64,000 nucleotides of DNA. It comes from the human T2T-CHM13v2.0 reference genome, Homo sapiens. The stretch lies in assembly GCF_009914755.1 (NCBI RefSeq), contig NC_060925.1, one strand, 5' to 3'. Position 1 is the first letter of the stretch; each line of letters begins with the position of its first letter. Under the pieces are notes generated by a model. It did no database searches. It saw only the letters and a list, made by a program, of their open reading frames with translations, and had not been told where the DNA came from. The position numbers were made by a program, and so were the translations under genes. Shown piece after piece: positions 46,322 through 61,555 of the stretch.

Positions 46322-46631
46322 CAGTCATCCTGCAGTATCATAAGGGGATTTATTCCAGGACCCCTCACAGATACAAAATTTTCAAGGCCTTTATATAAAA
46401 TGGTGTAGGTATTTGCATAGAACTTATGCACATTCTCCCATATATTTTAAATTATCTCTAGATTACTTACAATACTTAATACAATGTAAGTGTTGTATAA
46501 ATAGTTGTTATGCTGTATCATTTTTATTTGCATTTTATTGTCATATTGTTATTTTTATTTTTTTTAATATTTTCAATCCAGGGTTGGTTGAAATGGCAGA
46601 TATGGAACCCACAGATGCAGAGAGCCAACTG
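46322..46631. mobile_element. MER2 (Tigger) DNA transposon
   Basis: ta|cagtcatcc...ggatttattccaggaccc...agagccaactg|ta. Confidence 0.75.
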
Positions 46632-49600
46632 TAGTTGGACTTTTTTAATCCAATTTGCCAATCTCTGTCTTTTTATTGTAGAGTTTAATCCATTTACATT
46701 TAAAATAATTACAGAAAAGGGGGGTCTTACTTCTGTCATTTTGCTATTTGTCTTCTATATGCTTTGTTAGCTTCCCCCACTTATTTCCTGCATTACCCTT
46801 TTATGTTTAGTTGACTTTGGATAGTAAAACACTTTTCTTTTCTTCTCATTTCCATTTGTGTATATTCTGTAACTATTTTACTTAAGGTTAATGTGAAAGT
46901 TACATTTAACATCTTAAAGTTATGATACTCTAAATTGAATTTCTTTAGGTTAACTTCAGTATCATACAAAAACTCTGCTCATTTACAGCCATCACTATCC
47001 CTTTCAGTTTTGATGTCCCAAAATTACATCTTTGTACAAATGTGTTTCCAAAAACATAAACTAACAACTAAAAAATAAATGAATCTTTTCAATTATGTGG
47101 AAGCCAAAATGTGGAGTTATAAACCAAAGTTACAATAATACTAGCTTTTAGACCAATAATTTTCTTAAATATATTCTTTCTTAAATCATGTAGACAACAA
47201 AAAGTGGAGTTACAAACCATTGTTACAATATTACTTTTTTTTCTTTTTTTTTGAGATGGAGTCTCACTCTGTTGCCCAGGCTGGAGTGTGTGATTTTCCC
47301 ACCTCAGCCTCCCGAGTAGCTGGGATTACAGGTGCACACCACTACACCTGGCTAATTTTTGTATTTTTAGTAGAGACAGGCTTTCACCATGTTGGCTAGG
47401 CTGGTCACAAACTCCTGACCTCAGGTAATCTGCCCACCTCAGCCTCCCAAAGTGCTGGGATTACAGGCATGAGCCACTGCACCCAGCTAGTACTGGTTTT
47501 TATAATAGCCGGTGTATTTACTTTTACTGAGATCTTTATTAATTTCATATGGCTTTGGGTTGTTGTCTACTGTCCTTTCATTTCAACCTGTAGGTCTCCT
47601 TTTAGCATTTCTTGAATAGCAGGTATAACGTAAACAACTTTACAGCTTTTCTCCCCCAGACATACCTAGGAATGTCTTAAATTCTGTCTCATTTCTGAAG
47701 GACCAGTTTTGCCAGATATAGGATTCTTGACTGACAATTTTTTCCTGTTAGAATTTAGAATATTTCAGCCCACTGCCTTCTGGTTGCCAAAGTTTCTGAG
47801 GAGAATTTTGCTGTTAATCTCATTGAGGATTCCTTGTGTGTGATAAGTTGCTTCTCTCTTGCTGCTTTCAACATTTTCTTTTGGTTTTGTCTTTCAACGG
47901 TTTGATTATAATGTGTCTTGGTGTGGTCGTCTCTGAGCCCATCTTATTTCAAGTTGGTTGAGCCTCTTGGTTGTTTGTATTCATGCCTTTCATCAAATTT
48001 AGGAAGTTTTCACCCATTATTTCTTCAAATAATCTCTCTGCCCTCTCTTTCTTCTGGGACTCCCCAGTGTGTATGTTGGCCCACCTGATGATGTCCCACA
48101 GCTGCCTTAGCCTCTGTTCACTTTTCTTCAATTTTGTTTTGTTGTTATTGTTCCTCAAACTCAGTAATTTCAATTGTCATATCTTCAGGTTCACTGATTA
48201 TTTCTTCTGCCTGCTCAAATTTGCCTTTGAATCCCTATAGTGAATTTTTTATTTCAGTTGTTGTACTTTTCAGTTCTAGACATTCTTTTTGTTTCTTTTT
48301 AGGTTTTCTATCTCTTTACTGATATTTCTGTTTTGTTCATACATTATTTTCTTGACTTTCTCCATGTGTCCATAAGCTTCCTTAATATAGTTTTTTAAAA
48401 GTCTTTGTGTAGTAGATCTGCCATATGGTCTTTTTCAGGGACAGTTTCTGTTGGTTTTGTTTTCTTTTTTTTTTTAAGTTTTAAATGGGCCACACCTTCA
48501 TGTTTCTTTGTATTTTTTTTTCTTAAAAATTGAACATCTGAATCTAATGTGGTAACTCTCGAAATCAGATTCGCCACCCTCCCAGGGATTGCTGTTTTTG
48601 CTTTATTTTGTTTTGTTTTTTATTGTTGTGGCATTAGCCTGATGTATAAGCTTAAGGTCTTCTGGAGTCTTTTCTGAGTGTGTGCCTTTCCCTTATCATA
48701 TGCAGTGGATTTTCCAGTTTCCTCTCTATACGCAGTTGCTTTCAAATGTTCTGCTCTTTAATGACTGGCTTCCAAAAAGGGAAAAAGAGAAAAATTAAGG
48801 AGAGAAGAAAAAGGATGCTAGCCCTTTGAATCTCCTGAATGTCACCTCTGCCAGAGGGGGAGGGGCTTGCAACAATGGGTGGAGGTGCAAAAACAATGGC
48901 CACCTGACTCTGTCTGTACCTACATGAGCGAAAGCAGCAATCACCCATCAGAACACAAATCCCCAATACTTAAAGGAAAGCATCCTTGTTGTCCATTTTG
49001 ACTCCCACACGTTGCATGCAAGCTGTTCCAGGAACTCATGCACACTGCCTGCCACAGGGGTGGAGGAGAGGAGATGGCTGCTGCAGGGCTAAGAGCTTAA
49101 ACTGATAGAAATTAACAGCAATTTACCATCCAACCCTTTCTCTAGAAGTTTCAAGCCTTTAATAGACTCCAGAGTTCAAAAATATTCGTATCAGACAGAT
49201 GCCACCAGCAGGATTATTGTTTAGGTGGAGAGACAGATTTCTGGTGTTTCCCAATCTGTCATCTCTCCTGGCCTTCATTTTTGAAGAATGTTTTCACTGG
49301 ATATAGAATTTTAAGTTGACTTTCTTTTAACAATACTTTATAGATATCATTCCTTTGTCTTCTTGCTTTCATAGTTTTTGACAAGCTCATAGTCATTCTT
49401 ATCTTTGTTTTTCTATATTTACTATTTCTTTTTTCTCTGGCATTTATGAAATTTTTTTAGCAGTTTGATTACAGTTTCTCTTGGTTTTCTTAGTACTTAT
49501 CTTGCTTGGGAGTATTTGAGCTTCTAGATTCTGTGAGTTTATAGTTTTCCTCAAATATGGAAAAAGTTTAGCCATTATTTCTTCACTTCTTCAAAATTTT

Positions 49601-52169
49601 TTGTATTGCTCCACTTCTGTGAATCCAACTACATGTGTTTACATCCTTTGGTATTTTCACAAAGGCTCTGTTCATTTTTTCCCCAGTTTTTCTCTCTTTG
49701 TTCTAGTTTGATAATTTCTATTGTTGTTTTCAAGTTCACTCATTTTTTTTCTGTAGTGTTTATTGTGTTTTTAATCCCATCCCATGAATCACTCATTTAA
49801 AGTGTTGAAAATTTTATCTCTAGAAATTTCATTAGTTCTTTTTTGAATATCTTTTATCTTTTATTCATTAGGTCTCTTAAAAAATACATTGTCACTTCTA
49901 GGTCTGTTTCTATTCACTGATTTTTTTCCTAGTTGTGTTGCACTTGTTTCTTTGAAGGTTTAATAATATTTTACTGGATATTGGACATTATGAATTTTAT
50001 ATTGTCGAGGACTGAATTTTATTGTCTTGCTTAAATAATATTAAACTTTGTTTTCACAGTAGGTTAAGTTACTTGCTGAATAGCTTAATTCTTTCTGGAT
50101 TGTTTTTAAGCTTCCTTAGGGCAGATTTATAGGAACTTTTATTCTAGGGCTAGAATAGTCCTACTCTTATGGTGTGACCCTGGGTGTTCAATAAGGACTC
50201 TCTGATCTAGCTGGTCAGAACTCAAACATCTCCCAACCCTGCTGACCTCTGAGAATTGTTCTTACAGCTCTCTCATTGTTCTTTGCTTATCTTTGTGGAG
50301 TTTTGCCCTACTCATGTGTGGCTCAGTATTCAGGAAAGACTTGAAAAACTGCAGATTTCTGCAGTTCTTTTCTCTGTGTGGCTCCCTTTTCTGTGGTACT
50401 CTATCCCACGTATTTCTGCCATTTCATCTTTCTGAACTCCTTTCTCTGTCTCCTCAATTCCACAAGATTGCTATGCTCTATACAGGATTTCCCTCATATC
50501 ACCACACTCTAGAAAGTATTTCAAGGCAGAAATCCCTGGCAGTTGTAGTGTCACCTAATTTCCACCCATCTCTAGTGGAGTAAAGTCCCCCAATGTCTCT
50601 TGTCAAGTGTCTGAGAAGAGTTGTTTTATAAGTATTTTTCCACTCTTCCATGTGTAAGGGTGAGGAAAATCTCATCCTCATTATTCCGTCATGGCCCTTT
50701 TTTTCTTTTTCCATGACCTGTTTTTCATGTCTATTTTTTTGTTGGAGGGTTGGGTTTTGAGGTCGTTTTCTTCTCGCTGAGTAATTTCTAAGTTCTGGCT
50801 CATTTTGTCAAATCATACAAATGATATCATCCCAGAACTATCTCTGCTTGACTACCTGAATAATTCATATCCTTTTCCCAGGCCTTGTTTTTATTTGGAT
50901 CTCTTTTCCAGGTGCTAAAGAAATTGATCTTTTAAATATGGATCTCCAAGGTTTTTGTCCTCTGTATCAGAGGGAATGACTCTCTAGACTTAATGTTCTG
51001 TGGTTTAAAATCAATTTTTTTTATTTTTTATGTGAATACACCAAAATTTATCTACCCTAATATTGTATCTCCTTCAGTACAGTTTTCCTGGGGTGCTTTA
51101 GTCATGTTTGCCACATGCATTGGATAAAAACTATTTTTAAATTTTTCTTTACAAATTGACTGCATAGTTACATAAGATAGTTTGTCTTATAGAATGAAAC
51201 TTCCCCCAAACTGTTACACAAGTAAATTTTCAAATTTGTCTCTGAATATCTGAACATATTAACTGTTCCCCCTAAAAATCAACCTTTCCCAGAAAGATGA
51301 TTACTTATTATCTGGGTTTGTTTTTGTTTTTGTTTTTTTGCGTGTGTTCACCATTTCAGAGGTGATTTTAAACATGGATTTCCAACATACTTTGTGTTCA
51401 TCATTTTTCAAAATAACTGCTCTGAAGGGTGTAAAGCTGACCAGGAAGGTAACCTGAAAATAAATACATGTGTTTCTAGTAAAACTTCTTTCAAGTATAA
51501 GGATTTGGGTCAATACATAATGTCCTCTGACTGCCTCAGTACTTGTTGTACACCCCTACTACAGAGCTGATAACTTTACAGGGTAACTTATCTGCTTGCA
51601 TATCTGTGCTTTCCCACTGTGACAATCTACTAGGATAGGACCACAGGGGTATTTGTAACACAGAAAGATGTGATCAAGCAACTTTAGTTTAGATGTTGGG
51701 AGCACACTTTGGAAACAGTCTGCCTGGGTTCACATCCTAGCTCTTATCAACTACATTGTGACCTTGAACACATTACTTAGCTCTCTGTCCTTAACTTCCT
51801 TACCTGTAAAATGAGAATAATAATGTCCCTAGGACTCAGCAAAGAATGAAGGCATATTTTGTACTCAGTAATCATTGAGTGAATTAATGAGTAAACATAC
51901 AAACAAATCAATAAGAAGAAAGGTGATTTTATTTAACAGGATAACATTTTCTTTAGAATTACTGAAGGAAACTATTGTACACATGTAACACTACAGTTTT
52001 TAAAAGGTCAAATTTTTCAAACAAAACATAAAGAAAAGCAGACTGAATCTCTTATGCAAATCTCACTAACCTCCCATTCTTCCTTCCCACATTCTAGGAA
52101 AAAGATTAATGATGTTGAGTATTGCTCCTTCCTGTGGTGTCTGGGAAGGAGGGTAGTTGTGTTTTCTAA

Positions 52170-52524
<355 letters not shown>

Positions 52525-53550
52525 TCCTCTACCTTTTCTAGTGGCAATGAAGTCTAGAACAAACCAGTTGGAACATAGAATAGGTGTGCTAGCTCTGATA
52601 AGTTGTCTTCCAAAAGAGAAATATTTTTCCAAAGACTACCTATGTGAGAATGGCTTAAACTCTGACTTCTTTTTTCTTTCATGGTGACCACAATTGTGGC
52701 CCACACCTTGCTCTGTCATTCATATATCCGTGTGAAGGAGGCTTGATATGGGAAGCAGGCCCCACGATGAACATAGAATTTCAAGAGTTATTGAGGGGGC
52801 ATCTATGAAGTATAAAGGTAAGGAGCAGACATGGCCAGGGAAAGCCTTCAGATCACAATGCAGGTCTGACATCTGTTAAATGAGAGGGAGAAAGAAGGAA
52901 GATTGATTGGGTAGGAAGAGCCTCAAACTGTAGTGTAGCTCTGAGAAAGTCTCTGCCAGCCCAACAGACGATTTTGGAACATTGATAACCTGTAGAGGAA
53001 TTACACATTGGGCAGAATTGGGTGGGCCTTAATATTCCCACCATGCTCAGTCATTCACTGGAGGCTACCTGGGAAGAGAAGCAAGTACTTTTTTGAAGGG
53101 AGGTATCAGTGGTGTACCTCCACATGGCTGTCTGTATCGTAGAACTTATGCTTGGAGAAGATCATTGGAGAATACCTGGTTAATCTACCTCCCTCTTTGA
53201 CAAATGTTATCTGTGACATTCTGGATAAATGAGCATCTGTTTTATTTCAAAAGATGTTCAGAAAAGATCACATGGTTTTCCCTAACGTTTAACATTAAGT
53301 ACCAGAATAGTGTATGTGTGTCTAACCTCAATCCTCTAAGCTGTGATGTAAACCAGTTTTCTTTTCCTTGTCATCTAGACTGAAGTTTGTGTGGATTTCT
53401 AAAATTAGAAAATAAAGCTTTATATTGACTCTAATAATCCTTTCACTTACATCATCCCACATAAAGCAAGCTGGATTGGACTAATGAACACTGTAAATAT
53501 TTCTTCTTTTTAAAGATGTTAGCAAGTAGAAATCTTTAAAACCGGAAAAT

Positions 53551-53859
<309 letters not shown>

Positions 53860-54187
53860 TCAGTTAGTAATAATCAATTAGAGTTAAATGACCTTCTAAA
53901 ATCATTTCCTAAAGAAAGATTTTGCCTTCCAAGTTCTCTCTTAATCTTTCATGAAGGAAAAGCCTCAAGATTTCTTGATGGTGTTTGGCAGCCAGGTGAT
54001 GGTGATAGCAACAAGTATTAACTGAAGGATCATTTTCAGCATAGGAATTAAGTGAACTGAGTGCTGTAGTCAGCAGGTAAGGAGTAACAGCCCATTCCCA
54101 TTAACTTGTTTCCAGACCTTGACCTAGTAATATGCTATTCCTGGCATGGGTTGTTTCCTTCAGTCATTCCTTCCTTATCGCTGACTA

Positions 54188-55304
54188 CAGTAGTTCCCTC
54201 TTATTTTCAGTTTCGCTTTCCACAGTTTCAGCTACCTGCAGTCAACTGCAGACTGAAAATATTAAATGCAAAATTCCATAAATAAGCAACTCATAAGTTT
54301 TAAGTTGTGAACCATTCTGAGTACCATGATGAAATCTTACACTGTCCTGCTGGGATGGGAATCATCCCTTCGACCAGTGCACCTACAACATACACACTGT
54401 ATACCCATTAGTCATGGGCATTAGTCAGCCTGCTCCTGACATGCAACCATGGACATCATCATGGCTCAGTGATCCAAGATCACTCAAAGCAGATGACTCT
54501 ACTTTTCAAGTATCATCAGAAGGTCAGTAGTAGTCTAATGCCATGTCATAATGCCTAAGTCATTCACCTTCACCTCATTATTTAGGCATTGTGCCATCTC
54601 ACATCATCTCAAGAAGGATAAGTACAGTACAATAAGATATTTAGAGAGAGACCACATTCACATAACTTTTATTACAGTATATTTTTATTATTATTGTTGC
54701 TAATCTCTTACTATGCCTAATTTACAAATAAAACTTTATCTTAGTTATGTATACATGGAAAAAACAGTACAGTTGGCTCTTCATATCTGTAGGTTCCACA
54801 TCTCCCAATTCAACCAATCATGAGTTGAAAATATTAAAATAAAAAATAACAATACAACAATAAAATAATATAAAATTTAAAGTATAGAACAGGCTGGCCA
54901 TGGTAGCTCACTCCCAGCACTTTGGGAGGCTGAGGTAGGAGGATTGCTTGAGCCCAGGAGTTTGAGACTAGCCTGGGAAATATAATGAGACTCATCTCTC
55001 AATTTAACATTTTAAAAATAGTGTAACAACAATTTACATAGCTTTTACATTATATTAGGCATTGTAAGTAATCTAGAGATGATTTAAAATATATGAGAGG
55101 ATGTGTATAGGTTATATGTAAAATACTATACCATCTTATATGAGGGACTTGAGCATCCATGGATTTTGGTATCTTCAGTGATCTTGGAACCAATCTCCCT
55201 CAGATATCAAGGGAGGACTGTATAGAGGGTTTGGTACCATTGGGAGTTTCAGGTGTCCACTGGAGGTTTTGGAACATATCTTCCAAAGATTAGGGGGACT
55301 GCTG
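54188..55304. mobile_element. MER44-like Tigger containing a nested MER2 (54770-55220), which contains an Alu monomer (54895-55000)
   Basis: TIRs cagtagttccctctta / tagggggactgctg with TA flanks; the MER2 is bounded by ta|cagttggc and ggactg|ta. Confidence 0.7.
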
Positions 55305-55351
55305 TACTTTATTTTCTGTTTCTTACAAAAAGGAAGTAAAAAGATGGTGGT

Positions 55352-56168
<817 letters not shown>

Positions 56169-56345
56169 GATAGAAACTAATATATGAGTCTCTTCAGTGT
56201 TGTAATGACTCTCCTGGGGGTTTGACATAACTTATTTTAACAGAAATTCAGAGAGGGTAGGTATTGTTCACCCTGATTTACACATGAGAAAACCAAGATC
56301 ACAGATTTGTAAAATGTGAAAGTCAAGATTTCAAATCTCAACCTA

Positions 56346-56480
<135 letters not shown>

Positions 56481-56968
56481 TTAAAAAACAAACAAAAAAA
56501 GACTTAATGTTTTTGCCATCGTAGTTTCCAAACTGTGTTCCAGGGATCTTTGATGTTTCATAAATAGAAAGCTGTGGGTCTTCTACCTCCACATCAGTCA
56601 GAGAAATCTCCACTTCTGGGAACTCTGTAAAGGGCTTTTCCATAAGAATTATTATGAAAATAAAGGGGAGAGGGGAGTCCTGTGACTTAAAAAGGAAAAA
56701 TAATTTAGGAAATCATTCCCTTATATCAAGCACTCTTCTCAAGATGTAACTGTGTTCCTTACCCATTTCTCTATGGAGACAGACTTATCACTAAATAGAC
56801 CATCTTAGTGCTGTTATTACACGTGTTCTCAGAGAACATGCTTAAAATAGAAGAAATGCTAGGTATCTGGTAGGAAAATAATAGCCACAATATATTGAGC
56901 ATCTATCATGTGTCATGATCTGTTCTAGGTGTCTAACAAACATAATCTCATTTAATCCCAATAACAGC

Positions 56969-57777
56969 GTTAGAAATAGACCTTGGAGTTGTAAGGAAAA
57001 TGAGCACTTAGATAAAGGATTTTTCAGCAAAGCAAATTTACTTTTGTGCAGGGGGGTGCCGCCCATATGGCTGGTCGTTATGAGAGCGTATACAATAAAG
57101 GAGGGTGAAAGTTTTTATTTATTTATTTATTTATTTTTTGAGACGGAGTCTCCCTCTGTCGCCCAGGCTGGAGTGTAGTGGCACCGTCTGGCTTATTGCA
57201 AGCTCCGCCTCCCGGGTTCACGCCATTCTCCTGCCTCAGCCTCCCAAGTAGCTGGGACTACAGGCGCCCGCCACCGCGCCCGGCTAATTTTGTTTTTGTA
57301 TTTTTAGTAGAGACGGCGTTTCACTGTGGTATCGATCTCCTGACCTCGTGATCCACCCGCCTCGGCCTCCCAAAGTGCTGGGATTACAGGCGTGAGCCAC
57401 CTTGCCCGGCCAAAAGCTTTTAGTTTTGACGTAAATCTTGTCCCTGTGCCCTTTCCCCACTGGGTGGGGTTGGACTGTATAATTTAAACTAGACTTGATT
57501 GGATAAACATTTAAACTTTTTTTTAGATAAGGTGGGCACGTAAGGGAGAGAGGAGAGAGAGGGAAGGGGTTGTCTGTGGCAAGTTAGAGAGTCAGTTTTT
57601 TAAAAAATAAGGAAAGGAATGTGAGCTGGTGTTGATAACGTCACTGGTGTTGTGGCATGCCTGGGCATGTAGTAAAAGCAGAAAGAAAGAAGAAGAAAGA
57701 GAGGTGGAGGGGTATTGAGAATTAAAGAATAAAGGATTAATTAGGTTGGTTGAAGAGAAACCTTGTCATATTTTACA
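56969..57777 (-). mobile_element. LTR10-like (ERV1) solo LTR in a MIR, with a nested AluY (57113-57412)
   Basis: The minus strand begins tgtaaaatatgacaaggtttctcttcaa; cagc direct repeats; the MIR resumes on both sides. Family from recall. Confidence 0.6.
57653..57672. promoter_or_regulatory. p53-response-element-like sequence
   Basis: TGGCATGCCT GGGCATGTAG: two CATG-core half sites with no spacer; 17/20 match to (RRRCWWGYYY)2. Confidence 0.45.
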
Positions 57778-59243
57778 CAGCCCTCCCCAGAGTAAGCAGG
57801 AGTATTCCCATTACATATTTGTGAGAACTTAAGGGAACTTGACCAAAGTAATAGTTGCAGCCAGGAGCTGATCCAGGTTTATCTGGCCCCAGGGCTCATT
57901 TTCTACACCATAACAACTCTTGGGGCAACTTACAGAGGAGATTTATATAGGGGACTTATTATAACTCATGAGGGCTACAGCATACCCAGCACTGAGCACA
58001 TAAACCGCTTCCACCTACAGGTGATGACCAGGCAGTATTTTATTTTCTACAGTGCCTGCATTCATCTTTTCATTTGACTGTGCCTGTGAGAGGGCGCAGC
58101 ACAACGCAAGCACACAGTGGGACGACAATAAAACTTGTCATACTATGCAGGGAGGCACAGTTTAGTTCAGAGCATTAGGTGATCCCCACCTTTCAGAGAG
58201 TAGAACATTGAAAGTGGAAAATTCTGAGCTGTTACACCATCTCCAGAGTCGTTGGTGGCTACCCATGCTAAGTCATTAGTCCTCTTTGCTTACTGCTGGC
58301 TGGCAGGTGAGGTAGGCTCCCTCAAGCTACTCAGAGATCTCTGTATCCTATTGCTCATCTCTCACATTATTTATTGCCCCTTTCTTGTGTTTTTCTGCTT
58401 TAAACTTTGGTTACTGGGCTCATTAAGTATATAAATTGCCTAAAGGCATAACTATATTCAATGTGCCACGTATTATGGTAAATTTTAAATATATATTCTT
58501 TGGGAAAGCTATCTTTTAAAAATTATAGCATTGAAATACATGACATTCTTACTCTAGGAAAAGACAAAGAAAATGAGGGGGGGGGTTCATATTTAAGAGT
58601 TGAGATGTTTCTTCTACTTTGTACTGAAGCATCTCAGGTGCCATAAGGGTGGGGCTAAAGGAATTCTTGCCTTGAGTGTTGAATGCATCAGCATGTCATG
58701 TGTGAATCTGAAAAAATATTCACCAGTGCAGATGGTGGCTGATGGGAGAAGGTACTCTGGGAAAAAAACATTTATTCTTCTCCATTTCCTTGTGCAGTGC
58801 TGCTAAGCTGACATGATTCTTGACTACATCTTTTGTCCATACCACTGGACAGGAGGAATTATAAAAGTTACACTAGGATTTTAGTATCCATTTTTCTAAT
58901 AGCATTCCCCATTCTTTCTAACTCATCAGCTTTGGATTGTTATTTCTGTTTTATTGACATTAAACATAAGAAAGGTAAATTAGTAGTTTGATTAATTCAG
59001 AACAATCAGGATTCTGTAGTGTATTTTTCTAATACTTGTTCCCTTTGGCTCAGCTACCAAACAACAGCAAAGTCTCAAATCCATAATAAAGCAAATCTCT
59101 TAAGGATCCAAGACCAGATAGGAGGTGAAACTTGTTGCTAGGAAGCGATTTCAGGGCTACTACCTCAGAAGAAGATGCTTAAGAAATGTCGCTTTTTTTC
59201 AGTATTTTTTAAAATGACATTTTGTAACTGGTGATTTATTTAG

Positions 59244-59344
59244 ATTGAGGCTTCCATGTTAGAGCCTGAATTATCAGTAACATAGGAAGATAGAAGAGAA
59301 ACCAGTACAAAAGATCAAGAGACAAAGTACAAGATTTGAATGAG
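59244..59344 (+). other. CCDC30: CCDC30 exon E: non-coding/disrupted exon (likely 5'UTR exon of the short isoform)
   Basis: tttatttag| acceptor and gag|gtaaga donor; 101 nt; entry frame IEASMLEPELSVT* (TAG at 59283); exit frame *KRNQYKRSRDKVQDLNE joins ILKMSQEK. Confidence 0.65.
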
Positions 59345-59932
59345 GTAAGAAAAAAGGGATAATTTTCAGTTACGTTTTCTAATAGAGGTAAGGCAGACAC
59401 CATAAGGATGCTCAAGAATCACTGAAAATAGGCAAAAGGAGAAAGCACACTTCTAGGAATGTACATCCTATGATTGTGACCAGTGGTTACAGAAAACCTT
59501 GCCAGGAGTACTCAATCAGTAAGGAGCCCATTTACTAATGTATTTAGGATAAACTGGTATGTTGAAATTATAAGGATGGTTTAAAGGTATTGCCTTACTA
59601 ACGAATGAATGTAAAAATTTGGAACAATCCAATAATAATATAAACTGCCACTTACAGAGCATTTTCTATAAGTGAGGAGCCCATATATGTCCAGGCATCA
59701 TTATCTGTATTTTTAATATGAGGAACTAAGGCTAAGAAAAGTGAGGTAACTAGCTCGGGATGCCATTGTTGGAAACCAGTAGAACAGGACTGGGAGGGCT
59801 GTTCCTACATACCACTCTGCATTTCCCAAGTTACAAAATATAGATGTGCCAATTTCAGCTGCTTCCTGACTGGCCAAACCAAATGTGCAATTAGTTCATT
59901 TGACAGGTTGGCTTTTACAATGGAGAGGGGTC

Positions 59933-60230
59933 GGCCGGGCACGGTGGCTCACACCTGTAATCCCAGCACTTTGGGAGGCCGAGGTGAGTGGATCGCTTGA
60001 GCCCAGGAGTTTGAGAACAGGCTGGGCAACATGGTGAAATCCCATCACTACTATATATATATATTATATATATATAATATATATATTATATATATATAAT
60101 ATATATATAATATATATATAATATATATATAATATATATATAATATATATATTATATATATATAAAATATATATTATATATATATAATATATATATTATA
60201 TATATAAATTTTAAAAAATTAAAAAAATAA
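59933..60230 (+). mobile_element. Alu left monomer followed by an AT-only repeat (60052-60208)
   Basis: Perfect 16-bp TSD acaatggagaggggtc at 59917-59932 and 60231-60246. Confidence 0.88.
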
Positions 60231-60881
60231 ACAATGGAGAGGGGTCTGCTGCTTGGTGATAGTGTGCTCATCAAAGAAATTGGCTCAGTTTTTGTTGTGT
60301 TCCTAAGTTGTATTTTGATCTCAATTTTATCTCCTAATAGGTTTTTTTACATAACAGAAAATTCACTTTGGCAAGGCTGAATAGAGTAGATATTAAAAGT
60401 AAGAGATTTAAGTTAGACTTGACTTAGAATTCCAGTACTGACTGTGTGAACTTGGACAAATTATGTAACATATCTGAGCCTCACCTGTCTCCTCTGTAAA
60501 AATAATGTAATAATAATTCCAATCTCATAGGGGTCCTAGGAAAACAAAATGAAATAATGCATCTAACATACTTACCATAGTCTCTGACATGTGGTAAGTC
60601 CTCAATATAAAGTAGCTGTTATCATTATGAGTCCAATTTTTATTATTTTCAAATAATTTGGAAAGATTTCAATACTGCCTTATATTTGATAAGTGATTAA
60701 ATTTTATAAAATACTTTCAAAATCACATTTTATTCCTACTGTGATGGCTATAATGTAGGTAGAACAAGTGTTACTACATTTTACCATTGTGTAAATTAAG
60801 GCTTAGAGAGAAAAATGTATCTTATGAGCTATAAACTAGTTTTCCTAGGTTCATAAATCCCCTGGATGATTTCATTATTGA

Positions 60882-61157
<276 letters not shown>

Positions 61158-61173
61158 TAAATAAAGTATAACT

Positions 61174-61555
61174 ATGTGTCTCAGCTTGGGCTGCCATAAC
61201 CAAACACCACAGACTAGGTGGCTCAAAGAACAGAATTTTATTTTCTCACAGTTATGGAGGAGGGGAAGTCCAAGATCAAGGTGCCAGCCAAGTCAGTTCC
61301 TGGTGAGGGTTCTCTTCCTGGCTTGCAGATGGCCACCTTCTTGCTGTGTCCTCACATGACAGAGTGAGCAAGCTCTGGTGTCTCTTCCTCTTCCTATAAA
61401 GGCACTAACCCTATTGGATTAAGGCCCCACCCTTATATCCTCATTTGACCTTTATCACCTCCTTATCAACCCTATCTATCTCCAAATACAGTCCATATTG
61501 GGAATTAGGGTTTCAACAATATGAATAGGGAGGGAGAGCACAATTCAGTCCATAG
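61174..61555. mobile_element. MaLR LTR (MLT1A/B-like)
   Basis: gggctgccataaccaaacaccacagactaggtggct...gggtttcaacaatatgaat...cacaattcagtccatagca. Confidence 0.8.

Noticed and set aside
58197-58312. Possible extra 5' exon (tttcag|...ggcag|gtgagg)
   Set aside because: Splice-like motifs only, with no coding signal or other support.
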